IMG/VR virus record: IMGVR_UViG_3300027740_000003
Coordinates: 192,001 to 256,000 of that record
Length of the DNA stretch: 64,000 nt
Reading direction: 5' to 3' (one strand)
Source of the DNA: a virus
Taxonomy: Duplodnaviria > Caudoviricetes
The notes beneath the pieces are model-generated. The model made no database searches and was not told where the DNA came from. It worked only from the letters and a program-made list of their open reading frames with translations. Position 1 is the stretch's first letter. Each line of letters opens with the position of its first letter. A program made the translations under genes and the position numbers. Below, one piece after another: positions 27,946-37,435 of this stretch.

Positions 27946-28352
27946 TGAATTATATCCTTGATTATTGCTTCGTCTTTGGTTAACAAATTTACTTTTGATA
28001 TTAATTTGCTAGGATCTTTTGGTATCCAGAACTGGTTTTCTAAAACACACAGGCCATAAATAACATTCTCAGGAACTAGTTCAGAAAAAACTAATTCTGA
28101 ACCAAAAACATACCAATTTGTAGAGCCTAAATTATTTCTTATCTTTTCCAAGTGTTTGAGATTTTTTCCTACAAACATCCTCCACCTACTATTAAATAAT
28201 ATTACTTTCATTATAATATTCCATTGCTCAATTGCAAATTTTAAATCGATTATAGTTTTAAACAAAGAATCTTCCGAATTAATATAACGATCTTCTATAA
28301 TGTTATCTATATGTGGTTTCAAACTATCAACAAATTCTTTTGTTATTTTCAT
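27942..28352 (-). CDS. Hypothetical protein (136 aa) with a GxxLxFxxxVPENxIY motif
   Basis: Coupled ORF; motif shared with the 29669-31501 product. Confidence 0.65.
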   Translation of the reverse strand: MKITKEFVDSLKPHIDNIIEDRYINSEDSLFKTIIDLKFAIEQWNIIMKVILFNSRWRMFVGKNLKHLEKIRNNLGSTNWYVFGSELVFSELVPENVIYGLCVLENQFWIPKDPSKLISKVNLLTKDEAIIKDIIQ

Positions 28353-28906
28353 TTTCCAAGATTTCCGCCATGTTCTTCTAAATGATCTAGAATAACTTTA
28401 AGCCATAATTCTTTTGGACCAACTCCATTTAATACATCTATTAACAATATACTATATGCATTTCTCCTTTTCCATTCTTTCAATAACTCATCTGATATTG
28501 TTGATACCGTAGATAATAAATCTTTTGCACAATCATCCAATAATACAAATATCTTTTCTTTAGGAAAGTCATCGTCAATAATATTCCCATCTGGTTTAGA
28601 AACATCTTTGACAACCTCTTCATATTTATCTTCTTTGCCTTCATTAACAAATTTACAAAAATTCTTTTTACCCTCTTCTGATTTTAATGCAGTAGTAAAT
28701 AAAGCAATTTTACGATTGTTTGGGGCATAGTCTTTAACTGACTTTTGAAAATCTTGCAAAGTAATAGCTAGTCTAACCCCATCAGAAGCAAGAAACCCTA
28801 ATGTTGGAGGGTCTTCTTCTATATCATCTTTATAGATAACCGTACAAGGATACGCTTTAACGGCATCCACAAACTCTAACACATCAGAATATAGTTTGTC
28901 TTTCAT
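28349..28906 (-). CDS. Hypothetical protein (~185 aa, start MKDKLY)
   Basis: ATGA overlap at 28903-28906; SD AAAGGA. Confidence 0.65.
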   Translation of the reverse strand: MKDKLYSDVLEFVDAVKAYPCTVIYKDDIEEDPPTLGFLASDGVRLAITLQDFQKSVKDYAPNNRKIALFTTALKSEEGKKNFCKFVNEGKEDKYEEVVKDVSKPDGNIIDDDFPKEKIFVLLDDCAKDLLSTVSTISDELLKEWKRRNAYSILLIDVLNGVGPKELWLKVILDHLEEHGGNLGK

Positions 28907-29682
28907 TTGTCCTTTAAAAACCATTGGTTGTTTTGGTACCAATTGATTGTATGAATCAAACCCGATTTGAATTTAAATAGTGGGTCCCAGCCAAGTTCTT
29001 TTATATTCTTGTCGTTCAGATTCAGTTTTGGCCACCTATATACTGGTTCTTTGCTCTGTATAAGTTCATGTCCTCGACCAAAGACATTGCATATTTCTTG
29101 AAACATCTCCAGGTCTGTAATTTCATTATTCGTCGTTATGTCATAAACATCATTATCTTTTCCAGCCTTGAGAATTTTTATAAATGCCGCACACACATCC
29201 TGAACATGCAACCAGTCTCTAATTCGCATTCCTTCAATTGGGATTGGTTTATTATTTAACACACCATCTATGATTTGAGGAACAAGATTATGCTTCTGTT
29301 GTTTTGGTCCAAAATATTCTGGAACACGGATTAGCACAGAGTTTTCTGGAACAAACAATCCTTCATATTGTTGAACAATTAACAGTCGTGTCTTATGTTT
29401 TAAAGACACTTTGTGTATTTCTGGCAGGCCCGTTTTCAACAGATGAATAACAACATCTGGTTTTTCAATTTGGAAAACAACATCTAACAGATGTTCATCG
29501 GACACATTGCCAACATGGAAACTGTGTCCTTTGTTGGAATAAATGGTATTGGCAACATTCGGGTAGGTACAATAGTCTATGCTAGCAACCTTATAATCAG
29601 AATAATTTTTAAGAATATATCTGATTAAGTTGGATCCAAAGCACCCACCTGAACCGGTTATTAATAATTTAGTCTGTGCCAT
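28903..29682 (-). CDS. RmlB-like NAD-dependent epimerase/dehydratase homologue lacking the catalytic segment
   Basis: ITGSGGCFGSN, FGPKQ...LVPQII, RDWLHVQD, LGW.P, TINWY present; no TDE or YxxxK motif. Confidence 0.7.
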   Translation of the reverse strand: MAQTKLLITGSGGCFGSNLIRYILKNYSDYKVASIDYCTYPNVANTIYSNKGHSFHVGNVSDEHLLDVVFQIEKPDVVIHLLKTGLPEIHKVSLKHKTRLLIVQQYEGLFVPENSVLIRVPEYFGPKQQKHNLVPQIIDGVLNNKPIPIEGMRIRDWLHVQDVCAAFIKILKAGKDNDVYDITTNNEITDLEMFQEICNVFGRGHELIQSKEPVYRWPKLNLNDKNIKELGWDPLFKFKSGLIHTINWYQNNQWFLKDK

Positions 29683-31501
29683 ATGTTATATTGTCTTCTT
29701 CTGTCTTTGAAGGCTCGACAGAAGATGTTTTTTCATTTAAATGATCTTCCAAAGCTTTCAACATTACATTCCCGAGGTCTGTCTCTTGAAGATTTGACAA
29801 TGCGTTTTTTAACCGATCAATATTGTCAATATCTCTAATCTTTGCTTGATCTAGAGACGGAATAGGCACAAGTCTATTCATTTCTTTATTTGCTATAATT
29901 GCTTTTCCAATATATTTTTCTGGACAGACTTGCCAATTATCAGAGGCTGCATATATTTCATTTTCTGGAACCCTAGAATCAAAAATTAAATTGGCTCCCC
30001 AAATCGTCAAACGACCAGTATCTTGACATTTACTTATCTGAAATGGGCCTTTGATATTTGTGCTATCTTCTAATAATAATTTTTGTTTATTGTTTGGGTT
30101 CAATAAAAACCAAATAGAAACAGAATCATTACGGTCAACAAGCATTTTAGCTTCAACCATAGTTCTTAATAAACTTTCTTTATTACTGACTTCTACAATT
30201 TGTGTTATTTTTTCATTAAGAATTTGTGTTGCCACATCTTTTGTAGAATCAACATCAGAACATAATGTATTATTTAGTTTGTTTTCTAATTCTGTTGAAG
30301 ATTCATTTGTTAAATTTAAAACATTAATAGACTTTAATATATTAAATATTTTAACCAAATCATTATTGTCTAATTTGATTTCATATTTTTCTAAACCTTT
30401 TTTAAACAGCCTTTTAATTTCATCTTCTTGACAATATTTATGGAACCTGTCTCGTTTTTCTTCTTCGCTGAATATATTAGATTTTTTTACTACCACGACA
30501 TTACTAAGTTTGGACAAATTATCTTTATGTTCTTCTAAATCACAAAGCTCAGGTTTTGATTTTTTTGAAGAAGATAAGGGTTCGTGAAGACCTATGCCGT
30601 CTACAGCTATTCCTAATTCTTTATCTAATTCTTTTTTAAATTGACTATCATATTTTTTAGCTTCTTGACTGACAATTTCTTCAAAAGGTATCTGGTCAAG
30701 TTTTTCCATTGCAGAAACTAAAGCTTTTCGTGCAAATAAAAGTTTTCTATCTAATACAAATTGCTTAGTTGTAAGATCTCCAATAAGTTTTTCTAAACTC
30801 TCCACTGTAGATAATGGAGAAACGGGAGCTTGTAATTCCCAAAAATCTTTTATAATATTCCTCTTATCATCATCTGACACTCTTTCCTCTGGTCTAGAAT
30901 TCATTTGGTTTAGCTCCATATTTTTATGATAAACTTTAGTATTATTTCCGTCTTTTATTATGCCTCCAATAACCGGCTTATTTCTTTTTACATTAAGAAA
31001 CTGCGCTAGTTTATCTTCACCAATAAGATGAGCAATTTCATCAATGCCCTGTGGAGCTTCTGGAACCCTTTTTACTTTTTGACCTTTGAAGGCTTGTCTC
31101 CAAGCTCTTTCATTTTCAGTCTTATGTCTTGCGTTTAGTACATCTACAATGAGCTGTCTTTGTTTTAGATCGGTAAAACTATTAAAATCCTCAAATTGTT
31201 CTTTTAACCAAGATACAACATCTTCAACTTCATCTATTGGAACATCTTCTAGATTTTTTAACTTTGTTGTGTAATCACTTGATCCTTCAGAAACTTTAAC
31301 ATCTTTGCTGTGCTCCAAATAATATTTTACCAGAAGTTTTCTGGTTTTTTCTGATAAAATATCGTAGTTAGTAAATTGTTTCCTTAATGCACAGATTGCC
31401 TCGTCTATTTCATCTTTATAGGACTCATTTACAAATCTCTCTGGTTCCCTAAACTCATTACCGGCCGGTTGGTCAAAATTAAAAGACAGCTGTTCGTTCA
31501 T
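29669..31501 (-). CDS. Large hypothetical, partly coiled-coil protein (610 aa, start MNEQLSF)
   Basis: SD GAGGAG; two weak N-terminal repeats (IDE..LRKQF / IDE..LKEQF); VPEN motif near the C-terminus. Confidence 0.7.
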   Translation of the reverse strand: MNEQLSFNFDQPAGNEFREPERFVNESYKDEIDEAICALRKQFTNYDILSEKTRKLLVKYYLEHSKDVKVSEGSSDYTTKLKNLEDVPIDEVEDVVSWLKEQFEDFNSFTDLKQRQLIVDVLNARHKTENERAWRQAFKGQKVKRVPEAPQGIDEIAHLIGEDKLAQFLNVKRNKPVIGGIIKDGNNTKVYHKNMELNQMNSRPEERVSDDDKRNIIKDFWELQAPVSPLSTVESLEKLIGDLTTKQFVLDRKLLFARKALVSAMEKLDQIPFEEIVSQEAKKYDSQFKKELDKELGIAVDGIGLHEPLSSSKKSKPELCDLEEHKDNLSKLSNVVVVKKSNIFSEEEKRDRFHKYCQEDEIKRLFKKGLEKYEIKLDNNDLVKIFNILKSINVLNLTNESSTELENKLNNTLCSDVDSTKDVATQILNEKITQIVEVSNKESLLRTMVEAKMLVDRNDSVSIWFLLNPNNKQKLLLEDSTNIKGPFQISKCQDTGRLTIWGANLIFDSRVPENEIYAASDNWQVCPEKYIGKAIIANKEMNRLVPIPSLDQAKIRDIDNIDRLKNALSNLQETDLGNVMLKALEDHLNEKTSSVEPSKTEEDNITYGTD

Positions 31502-31533
31502 ATATATTCTCCTCTTTCTTATTGTAATATATC

Positions 31534-32349
31534 TCAAATGGCCAGAATTTGTTCTTTTATTTCTGGTATGCCTAACTTTTCACACAAATCTTTATTTGTT
31601 TCCAAACTTCTGTCGCATTTAGAAGCCTCATATGCAATTATATTTAAATTAAGATCAAACCTCTCATTAAAATATTGCATCATTTCATACTTATTTACAG
31701 CTGTAGGGGAAAATACATGATATAAACCTTGTTTCCACCAATCATTTTCTATAATCTTTTCGCATACTTTGGCAAACTGTGCAGTGGTTATTCCGTTCCA
31801 CAGATGTGTTGTAAACCCGCGAACCTCTTTTCCTTTTTGGGATTTGGCCCACTCTACCAAGCTGGCGTTTTTATGAATCTCCTCTCCGATAATAGAGGTC
31901 CTAATAACCAAAGCATTTGTTGGTTCTCCTAGGGATTTGCTTTTTCCATAATCATCTAAAGCATCATGAGTATCTGTTTCAATATATTTGCCTTTGTTCC
32001 CCGAATAAACACAATCAGTTGTTATATGAATCAGTTTTGATCCATTGTTTTCACACCAGTTAGCTAAATCCCACGGAAACACGGCATTTAGATATCTTGC
32101 AGCTCTTGGGTTGGTTGACATAAATGGTTTAATTGTTCCGATACAATTAATTACATAATCATAAATTCCAACTTCACCTCCAAGGCATAAAAAAGTGGGG
32201 CCTTTTGCCGCATCAAACCAAATACGATTTGTACCAAACGCCACAGACTCATCTCTGTGGGTTAATGTAATATTATGTTTTGTTTGCAAGAAATGCTTGG
32301 ATACAGCATTTCCTAACATTCCAGTGCTTCCTAAAATTAGTATTTTCAT
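31534..32349 (-). CDS. RmlD-like NDP-4-keto-sugar reductase (QnlA/WbvR-type)
   Basis: ILGSTGMLG, VINCIG, IHITTDCVYSG, YGKSK, IRTSIIG. Confidence 0.85.
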   Translation of the reverse strand: MKILILGSTGMLGNAVSKHFLQTKHNITLTHRDESVAFGTNRIWFDAAKGPTFLCLGGEVGIYDYVINCIGTIKPFMSTNPRAARYLNAVFPWDLANWCENNGSKLIHITTDCVYSGNKGKYIETDTHDALDDYGKSKSLGEPTNALVIRTSIIGEEIHKNASLVEWAKSQKGKEVRGFTTHLWNGITTAQFAKVCEKIIENDWWKQGLYHVFSPTAVNKYEMMQYFNERFDLNLNIIAYEASKCDRSLETNKDLCEKLGIPEIKEQILAI

Positions 32350-32801
32350 CGGTAGTCTTCCTTCCAAACGTTTAATGTTTCGTAATCAAATCTATAATCA
32401 TCTCCTTTGCTTTCCTCTAATGTTGAGGTAGAATAAAATGTAATTATCGTACCTTGTTCCAAAGATTTAAACCCATTGGCGTATCCACTTGGAATAAACA
32501 AAACCTTGGGACTAGTATCTGATAATACAAATTTATTTACTTCGTTAGATAAACGATAGCCACTAGGAAACACTTCATCTTCTATTAATTTTGCAATGAC
32601 AATCAAAGCAGATCCTTTGCCTACATAAACATATTTGCTCTCGCACAAATGTCCATGAAAAGCGCGGACATAATTAACCTGATGATCTTTCACATGATAA
32701 ACACGTCTGACACCACACATATAAGGATCAAAATCATTTATGAATCTAATTGTTCCTCTATCGTCAGTAAAAAGGTTGCCTTGAATTATTTTAGGGTCCA
32801 T
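32346..32801 (-). CDS. Cupin-fold NDP-sugar epimerase/isomerase (RmlC/FdtA-like)
   Basis: DDRG, RAFHGH...E, LFIPSGYANGFKSLE, DDYR. Confidence 0.85.
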   Translation of the reverse strand: MDPKIIQGNLFTDDRGTIRFINDFDPYMCGVRRVYHVKDHQVNYVRAFHGHLCESKYVYVGKGSALIVIAKLIEDEVFPSGYRLSNEVNKFVLSDTSPKVLFIPSGYANGFKSLEQGTIITFYSTSTLEESKGDDYRFDYETLNVWKEDYR

Positions 32802-32803
32802 TT

Positions 32804-33748
32804 TTAGAATTTTCCTTTGCCTAGCTTTGAAAGAAATGCAGCATTTGAATATACAGGATCATTCATATCCACTACTCTATTTTGCTCGAAGACTTCTTTC
32901 AATTCTAATATTCCGTCCTCAATAGTATAAAGTGGTTTCCAACCAGTGTTGAGAATTTTAGAATTATCAACCCTATAATTTCTTAAATCTTCAAAACTCA
33001 TATTTTTAAATTCAACCTCTGTCCCTGGAATAATAGATTGTATCTTGGTGGCAATTTCATGAATTCTCATGTTGCTTTCAGATAGATTATATAATCCAGT
33101 TATGTTGTTTTTAAATCCATAAAGAAAAGCGTTGGCAACATCTTTTACATGAAGCAAAGGACGCCACTGGTCCCCACCAAAAACAGATAGCTTTTCCCCG
33201 GCCACAGCTTTCTTTGTAAGAACATTTACCACCAGGTCAAGCCTGAGCCTAGAGTAAGTATCAGAAAGCCCGTAGAGGGTTCCTAAACGGAACACAAGTG
33301 AGTTCTTGTGATTGGCCAGGATATATTGCTCAGCTAGTAGTTTTGTTGAAGCATATGCAGAAAGAGGATTAGGAGCCGCTGTTTCATCTATAAGATCGTT
33401 GTTAACACCATAACAGCTACAAGTGCTAGGGAAATTTATACCGCCACTGTAATTATCCACCAACCATTTAACTGCCTCAAAATTAATTTCATTAGTTAAC
33501 TCAACATTAACTTGGCAAGCACCGTCCCCAACAATTCCCGCCAACCAAATAACAGAATCATATTCTTTTAATACTTTGGAAAGCTTATCTCTATCCCGAA
33601 CGTCCCCATAAATATATTTAACCTCTTTAAGAAACCTAGTTTCATAAAGCAAATTATCATAAATAGCAACATCATAACCATTTTTAATAAACAGATCGGT
33701 TAGATAGCCTCCAACATAACCGGCACCACCTACAATCAATACTTTCAT
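32804..33748 (-). CDS. NAD-dependent sugar epimerase/dehydratase (extended SDR)
   Basis: VGGAGYVG, LAGIVGDGAC, STCSCYG, YASTK, FRLGTLYG, RPLLHVKD. Confidence 0.9.
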   Translation of the reverse strand: MKVLIVGGAGYVGGYLTDLFIKNGYDVAIYDNLLYETRFLKEVKYIYGDVRDRDKLSKVLKEYDSVIWLAGIVGDGACQVNVELTNEINFEAVKWLVDNYSGGINFPSTCSCYGVNNDLIDETAAPNPLSAYASTKLLAEQYILANHKNSLVFRLGTLYGLSDTYSRLRLDLVVNVLTKKAVAGEKLSVFGGDQWRPLLHVKDVANAFLYGFKNNITGLYNLSESNMRIHEIATKIQSIIPGTEVEFKNMSFEDLRNYRVDNSKILNTGWKPLYTIEDGILELKEVFEQNRVVDMNDPVYSNAAFLSKLGKGKF

Positions 33749-34831
33749 TTAATACCTCTTAAGTTGATTACTTAGCAAAAAATTAATAACTTTATCGGAA
33801 ACATTATCTTCTTTATATCCAATTGGGAATTTCCAATCTTTAGATGACGACAATGCTCTATCAAAACAATTTAATATATCACTTGTTTCCAATCCTGAAA
33901 CAATATTACTTCCACATTCTACAGTTTCTGGTCTTTCTGTGGAATCTCTAATGGTGACGGCTGGAGTATGAAATAAACAGCATTCTTCTTGGACCGTTCC
34001 AGAATCTGACACAACACACTTGGCCCAAGATTCCAATTTGATAAAATCAAAAAACCTCATTGGTTCCAACACAATAATTCTATCGTCAAATGTAAAATCG
34101 AATTTTCTTAATTTATTTCTAGTTCTAGGATGACAAGACACCACTACAGTAAACTTTTTTGATATTTGTTCCAAAGCTGTTTTTATATTAAATAGTCTTT
34201 TTGAATCATCTACATTTTCTTCTCTATGAGCCGTCACCAAAACGATATCTTTGCCTTGTATCCCTAGGTTTTTTATAATACTTGATTTAGACCATTTGTC
34301 TTGGTAAAAAGTAATCACCTCATTAATAGGATTCCCTGTTTCAAAAATACAATGTTTTTGTATGCCGTCTCGTAAAAGATTTTCTCTACTACCTGGAGTA
34401 TATGGAAGATTAAACGAAGAGGCTTGATCGATAATACGTCTATTAACTTCTTCTGGAACCTTCATGTCAAAGCATCTATTGCCAGCTTCCATATGGTATA
34501 CTGGATACCCAAGTCTTTCTACAATAATTGCACAAAGAGAAGTGTTAGTATCTCCAAGAATTAAGACTTTGTCTGGTTTATATTTATTTAAAGCAGATTC
34601 AATACCAATAAATATTTTAGCAAGTTGTTGACCTACTGTGTCTGATTTTGAATCAATAAAGAAATCAGGTTGGCGTAGCTGTAAATCTTCAAAGAAAACA
34701 CCATTAAGATTATTATCATAGTTCTGTCCTGTATGAATAACAATATGTTCGCAACATTTATCTAGTTTTGGAATTATTCTAGATAAACGAATTATTTCAG
34801 GACGAGTTCCAAGTATTGTTAATATTTTCAT
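33749..34831 (-). CDS. Non-hydrolysing UDP-N-acetylhexosamine 2-epimerase (FnlC/Cap5G/QnlB-like branch of the WecB family)
   Basis: GTRPEIIRLS, HTGQNYD, LGDTN, HMEAGNRCFD..VPEEVNRR, SDSGTVQEE, ERPE. Confidence 0.9.
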   Translation of the reverse strand: MKILTILGTRPEIIRLSRIIPKLDKCCEHIVIHTGQNYDNNLNGVFFEDLQLRQPDFFIDSKSDTVGQQLAKIFIGIESALNKYKPDKVLILGDTNTSLCAIIVERLGYPVYHMEAGNRCFDMKVPEEVNRRIIDQASSFNLPYTPGSRENLLRDGIQKHCIFETGNPINEVITFYQDKWSKSSIIKNLGIQGKDIVLVTAHREENVDDSKRLFNIKTALEQISKKFTVVVSCHPRTRNKLRKFDFTFDDRIIVLEPMRFFDFIKLESWAKCVVSDSGTVQEECCLFHTPAVTIRDSTERPETVECGSNIVSGLETSDILNCFDRALSSSKDWKFPIGYKEDNVSDKVINFLLSNQLKRY

Positions 34832-35422
34832 TTATTTGCTAGCCTTACAAAATTCCAATTAAATTGATAATCAGAATTCCTCCATTTAATTGAAGGGATG
34901 TCATTTTTTATTATTTTTTTATTTGTACATAAAACAATTTTTTTCCATACGTTCTTTTGAATAAAAGAATTGTTCTCCGTTATTAAAATCATCAACCATA
35001 ACTTTTGTTAAAATACAATCATAATCTATTGTTGAAAATTGAAAAGAAGCAATTCCGATATCTGTTAAATTAATATCATTAAATAATCTTGTTATTTCAT
35101 CCACATGATTATGCTGAAGTACCAAATTGCATAAAACCAAATCTACCGGTTCAATTTCTTTTAATTGATATGACATATATGTTTTAGAAGCCCCTTGTTC
35201 TTTAGCTTCTTCTAATAGAATTTTTGACACATCAACAGCATACACAGTATTGCTTTTACATAGATTTTTTACCTCATCGCTTCTACCCACCCCTAAAACA
35301 ATTATTTTTTTATCAGTTGGAAAGTCTAGCTGATGAAAAGATAATGTTTCTAATAATGATTGAGAGCTTATATATCTATTATTTTTGCCAGCATACTCAT
35401 TCCATTTTTCGTAAATATCCAT
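34828..35422 (-). pseudogene. Class I SAM methyltransferase; in-frame stop at 34919, but a +1 shift in an A7 run extends it to a 197-aa protein ending in an ATGA overlap with the 2-epimerase
   Basis: IIVLGVG, YAVDVS, DLVLCNLVLQH motifs; hand translation of the alternative frame across 34828-34944. Confidence 0.6.
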
Positions 35423-35431
35423 TATATCTCC

Positions 35432-35869
35432 TTATGCTCTTTTTCTCATAATAAGTCTTAACATATCACAATGTGGAACTGAGCTTCTGCTTTCACTTTC
35501 CAATGTAAAAGCTATTTTTGGACCAAAATAATAATCATCTTTTCCTCCACGAAAAATAATTTCAAATGATACCTTTTCTAAAAATGATTTATGATCTATT
35601 TCGTATGTTATACCAACTGGAAACAACAGATCTAGCATTCCATTGTTGGAAAGTTTATTATAACATTCAGATAAAAATTGTATAATTTCATCTTTAGTAA
35701 GGTGTTCTATAAAATGCCAAGCCCTAATTTCATCTAATTTATCGAAAGGCAGTCCATTTCTTACATCTAAAACCAAATCAGGTTCCCAAATTGGGTTTTT
35801 ATCTATATTAACAAACCCATCATATTTATAGGGGCCACAACCAACATTTATTTTTTTAACATTACTCAT
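35432..35869 (-). CDS. Small class I SAM methyltransferase (Methyltransf_11-like)
   Basis: INVGCG, FVNID, DVRNGLPF, HFIEHL. Confidence 0.85.
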   Translation of the reverse strand: MSNVKKINVGCGPYKYDGFVNIDKNPIWEPDLVLDVRNGLPFDKLDEIRAWHFIEHLTKDEIIQFLSECYNKLSNNGMLDLLFPVGITYEIDHKSFLEKVSFEIIFRGGKDDYYFGPKIAFTLESESRSSVPHCDMLRLIMRKRA

Positions 35870-36614
35870 CCATTTCTCCTTCCTTAAAATGATAAACCAA
35901 ACTATCTAATGCAGTAATATGAGAAACCCCAATCTCTTCTAATTTCTTTCCCGTATAAACATCACCATAATCTATAACTTCTTCAAATGTGTTTCCAGCA
36001 AGATTTCCTTCAGGATACATTCCTACTTTTAACATAATGTCTTTATAAATTGCACAAGGCATATAAGCCCCACCTCCCTTTATTTGATTTAAAAGAATAT
36101 TAGATTTTGCAAATTCTTCAAACCCGGCTTTATTAAATGAAGCAGGAGATGCTCCGAAATTTTTAACGATGCAGCCCGGAAAAGCTATTCCGTGGCGGGG
36201 ATGAATTCTTTCTACCAACTGTGAACATACAAATTTGGTTTTATCTAAATGTTTTAGTAAATTTTCTAACCAATTATCTGAGAACATCATATCAGAATTT
36301 ACCAAAACAACAATTTCTCCCTGTGATAACTCTATTGCTTTGTTCCATGCACAATAAACGCCATGTAAATAATTAGGCCAACCTATCCCCATAGCAAATA
36401 ATTCTTCATTTGTTTTTTTTTCATTTGTATGAATGTAATGTTTATAATTTTTCTCTTTAAGATGATTTAAAACTTTATCAGTGGCATCGTTTGCTATAAA
36501 GAAGAATTCCGTATCATTATTCTGTAATAATGGAGTGTGTTCATACAAAGAATTATAAACCGCATCAGCAAAAACGGTTGATTTATATATTAATGATGCT
36601 ATTGAAATTTTCAT
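35862..36614 (-). CDS. GT2-like glycosyltransferase
   Basis: AWNKAI, VVLVNSDMMF, C-terminal YHFKEGE; ATGA overlap start. Confidence 0.75.
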   Translation of the reverse strand: MKISIASLIYKSTVFADAVYNSLYEHTPLLQNNDTEFFFIANDATDKVLNHLKEKNYKHYIHTNEKKTNEELFAMGIGWPNYLHGVYCAWNKAIELSQGEIVVLVNSDMMFSDNWLENLLKHLDKTKFVCSQLVERIHPRHGIAFPGCIVKNFGASPASFNKAGFEEFAKSNILLNQIKGGGAYMPCAIYKDIMLKVGMYPEGNLAGNTFEEVIDYGDVYTGKKLEEIGVSHITALDSLVYHFKEGEMDE

Positions 36615-37435
36615 TGTATACCTATATATCTCTTCCAAAGATTTATTGAAGACTTTCTGTCCCAGTTTAGTTTAAATATATCGTCTCGTGTATTCAATGA
36701 TGGAACAAAATCTTTTTTAATTCCATCTAATATAACCATCGGCAAATTACAAGCCATAGCTTCCCATTCAACCATAAAAAATGGTCTAAGTAGTCCACAA
36801 GATAAAAAGAAATCTGAACAAGCTAATAATTCAGATAGTTGCAACTGAGATACATGAGTAAAATTAGAAGCTCCATCTAAATGTCCAGCCTCTTCTTGTT
36901 GTTTCCAAACCACAATCCAATATATATCAGGATTATCATTTTTATATTGTAATAATTTATTATATCCTTTCATTGGGTGCGTTGTTCCACACCAAATCCC
37001 AATTTTTTTATCAACTGGCAAATTGTATTTTGTTTTTATTTCTAATTTATTATCAATTGGTTTGAACAAATCAGTATCTACGCCTATTGGCAAAACATCA
37101 ATTGTACCAAAGTCTTTATAAAATTCTATCATTATGCTACTAGCTACAGTTCTTTTAATTGATTTTCTAGCACTATCTGCAATGATATTTATAATAGGAT
37201 CTATGGCAGGATCTCCTAAAGCGCGTTTCATTTCAGGATGAAGTTCCCATAATAACGATATTGTATTGTTTGGGAATTTATTTGCTCCCAAAGTAGAATA
37301 TTGCAAAATAATATCATTTGATTTAATACTAGCAGGCAATCCAAAAGATGAAACGTCTCCCATTTCCCTTTTCATCCATGTCCAAAAAGTATCTTCTCCT
37401 AATCCCGAAATCACTTGAGCATTTAAATATAACAT
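36611..37435 (-). CDS. GT4-like (GT-B) glycosyltransferase
   Basis: VLPIGVDTDLFKP, HPMKG, LLACSDFF...EWEAMACNLPMV. Confidence 0.8.
   Translation of the reverse strand: MLYLNAQVISGLGEDTFWTWMKREMGDVSSFGLPASIKSNDIILQYSTLGANKFPNNTISLLWELHPEMKRALGDPAIDPIINIIADSARKSIKRTVASSIMIEFYKDFGTIDVLPIGVDTDLFKPIDNKLEIKTKYNLPVDKKIGIWCGTTHPMKGYNKLLQYKNDNPDIYWIVVWKQQEEAGHLDGASNFTHVSQLQLSELLACSDFFLSCGLLRPFFMVEWEAMACNLPMVILDGIKKDFVPSLNTRDDIFKLNWDRKSSINLWKRYIGIQ

Noticed and set aside
26299-28906. Phage-nucleus (chimallin) or complete TubZRC partition system
   Set aside because: No chimallin-sized gene, adjacent TubR or iteron array is recognisable near the tubulin gene; this cannot be excluded elsewhere in the genome
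36413-36421. A9 homopolymer in a GT2 gene as a phase-variation tract
   Set aside because: The gene is in frame, and poly-A Lys codon runs are common throughout this AT-rich sequence; no evidence of switching without reads
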